Source: an uncultured Prolixibacteraceae bacterium (lineage in GTDB: Bacteria; Bacteroidota; Bacteroidia; Bacteroidales; FEN-979). Taken from it: DNA of 64,000 nucleotides. The notes below the pieces were generated by a model. It had not been told where the DNA came from and searched no databases. It saw nothing but the letters and a program-made list of their open reading frames with translations. The position numbers and the translations under genes were made by a program. Position 1 is the stretch's first letter. Each line of letters begins with the position of its first letter. This document shows, in pieces, positions 63,430-64,000 of this stretch. The DNA lies in the NCBI GenBank assembly GCA_964616825.1, contig CAZTSX010000002.1, positions 149,054 to 213,053 on the forward strand. The letters run 5' to 3'.

Positions 63430-63471
63430 TGGTTTGTTTTTGTATGGATGGAGAATGCTCCGTCCTTGCTG

Positions 63472-63783
63472 CTATACACACGAGGCTGGCTTTGGAATTC
63501 CGGCAATCTTAGCCGCTTTTTTCATCGGAGCACCCGGGAAAAGCTTATAGAAGCCCTTGATGTCCGTGATGCCGGAGTTTCCGACAGACCGGATCGTAAT
63601 GTTCTCATCTAGTTCCTGCTTGTCGCGGAGAAACTCACAGACCGCCAGGTGCATATCCGTAAGCTCAATGTTCTCTTCTTTAGCGATTTCCATCGCAATC
63701 TCTTTGGTCCACTGAGAAGGGTCTGTCATGTACCCTTCTTCGTTTACATCTACAGTGATACCTGCAATAACTTTTTGTGACAT
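63472..63783 (-). CDS. TusE/DsrC-family sulfur-relay protein
   Basis: 103 aa. Has ...WTKEIAMEIAKEENIELTDMHLAVCEFLR... and the C-terminal arm GIPKPASCV with a penultimate Cys. Confidence 0.88.
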   Translation of the reverse strand: MSQKVIAGITVDVNEEGYMTDPSQWTKEIAMEIAKEENIELTDMHLAVCEFLRDKQELDENITIRSVGNSGITDIKGFYKLFPGAPMKKAAKIAGIPKPASCV

Positions 63784-63812
63784 ACCTGTTGTATTTATGA
63801 TTTACGATTTGA

Positions 63813-63830
63813 TTGTGAAACGAATCACAA
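63813..63830. promoter_or_regulatory. Perfect palindrome TTGTGA-N6-TCACAA (CRP/FNR-type) overlapping a -7 box
   Basis: TGTGA AACGAA TCACA lies 31-47 nt upstream of the dsrC-like ATG. The minus-strand TATATTTG (63828-63835) overlaps the distal half-site. Confidence 0.5.
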
Positions 63831-63871
63831 ATATAAAAGTAAAAAATTTAACATCTATATAATTACGTATA

Positions 63872-64000
63872 TTATTTTTTATTTATTTCCTCCAGAAACC
63901 TCATCGAATAGCTGAGAGATTTTCGAACTTCCGGTGATCTCAGCTGTTTGAAAAGTTGCCAGAATGATTTATTGTCTAGCTTGTCATCCATCTTCACATC
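63872..64000 (-). CDS. 3' end of an unidentified gene running off-window
   Basis: My own translation gives ...DVKMDDKLDNKSFWQLFKQLRSPEVRKSLSYSMRFLEEINKK*, an open frame to the window edge. No motif recognised. Confidence 0.35.
   Translation of the reverse strand, partial: DVKMDDKLDNKSFWQLFKQLRSPEVRKSLSYSMRFLEEINKK

Overview
This 64-kb window looks like a chromosomal segment of a Bacteroidota-type genome. The evidence is several Por/T9SS C-terminal sorting domains, TAnnTTTG -7 promoter boxes and almost no Shine-Dalgarno sequences. I count about 55 protein genes and one initiator tRNA-Met. I saw no rRNA, CRISPR array, intact transposase, integrase or prophage.

Layout:
- 1-8.6 kb: two tandem giant T9SS-sorted surface proteins, one of 2297 aa, that share a module.
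- 8.7-26 kb: housekeeping genes (ABC-F ATPase, polyprenyl synthase, rfbA, MMPL transporter, 2-hydroxyacid dehydrogenase, PPi-type phosphofructokinase, lysC, mfd, CNNM/hemolysin-family protein, GT2 mannosyltransferase, pyrC).
- 26-36.6 kb: a decayed accessory stretch. It holds lipoproteins, an SBBP-repeat gene truncated by a transposase remnant, a SigZ-like ECF sigma with arsM, and a patatin. It also holds a 1.2-kb islet bounded by a 19-bp duplication of the tRNA-fMet 3' end that carries an MNT/HEPN toxin-antitoxin pair, and an A+T-rich insert between era and der.
- 36.6-64 kb: der, an S4-domain protein, a TonB-like protein, a histidine kinase followed by a frameshifted REC-HK-REC gene, dtd, pdxJ, an M19 dipeptidase, PrsW, adenosine deaminase and a 1021-aa ABC ATPase/permease. 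Further on are an SBP-dCache kinase-REC/PP2C triad convergent with PspC/LiaF-like genes, tatC, a flavodoxin-like protein, an isochorismatase-like protein, another T9SS protein and a DsrE-like/DsrC-TusE pair.

The most unusual signal is not a gene. It is a family of short-period (7-11 bp, once 18 bp) 'drifting' tandem arrays, plus small repeat cores. They sit in promoters, between convergent genes and, in frame, inside pyrC, der and the SBBP gene. One 30-bp core occurs twice, and its second copy supplies the stop codons of two convergent genes.

All functional calls come from motif recognition by eye. No database search was possible.
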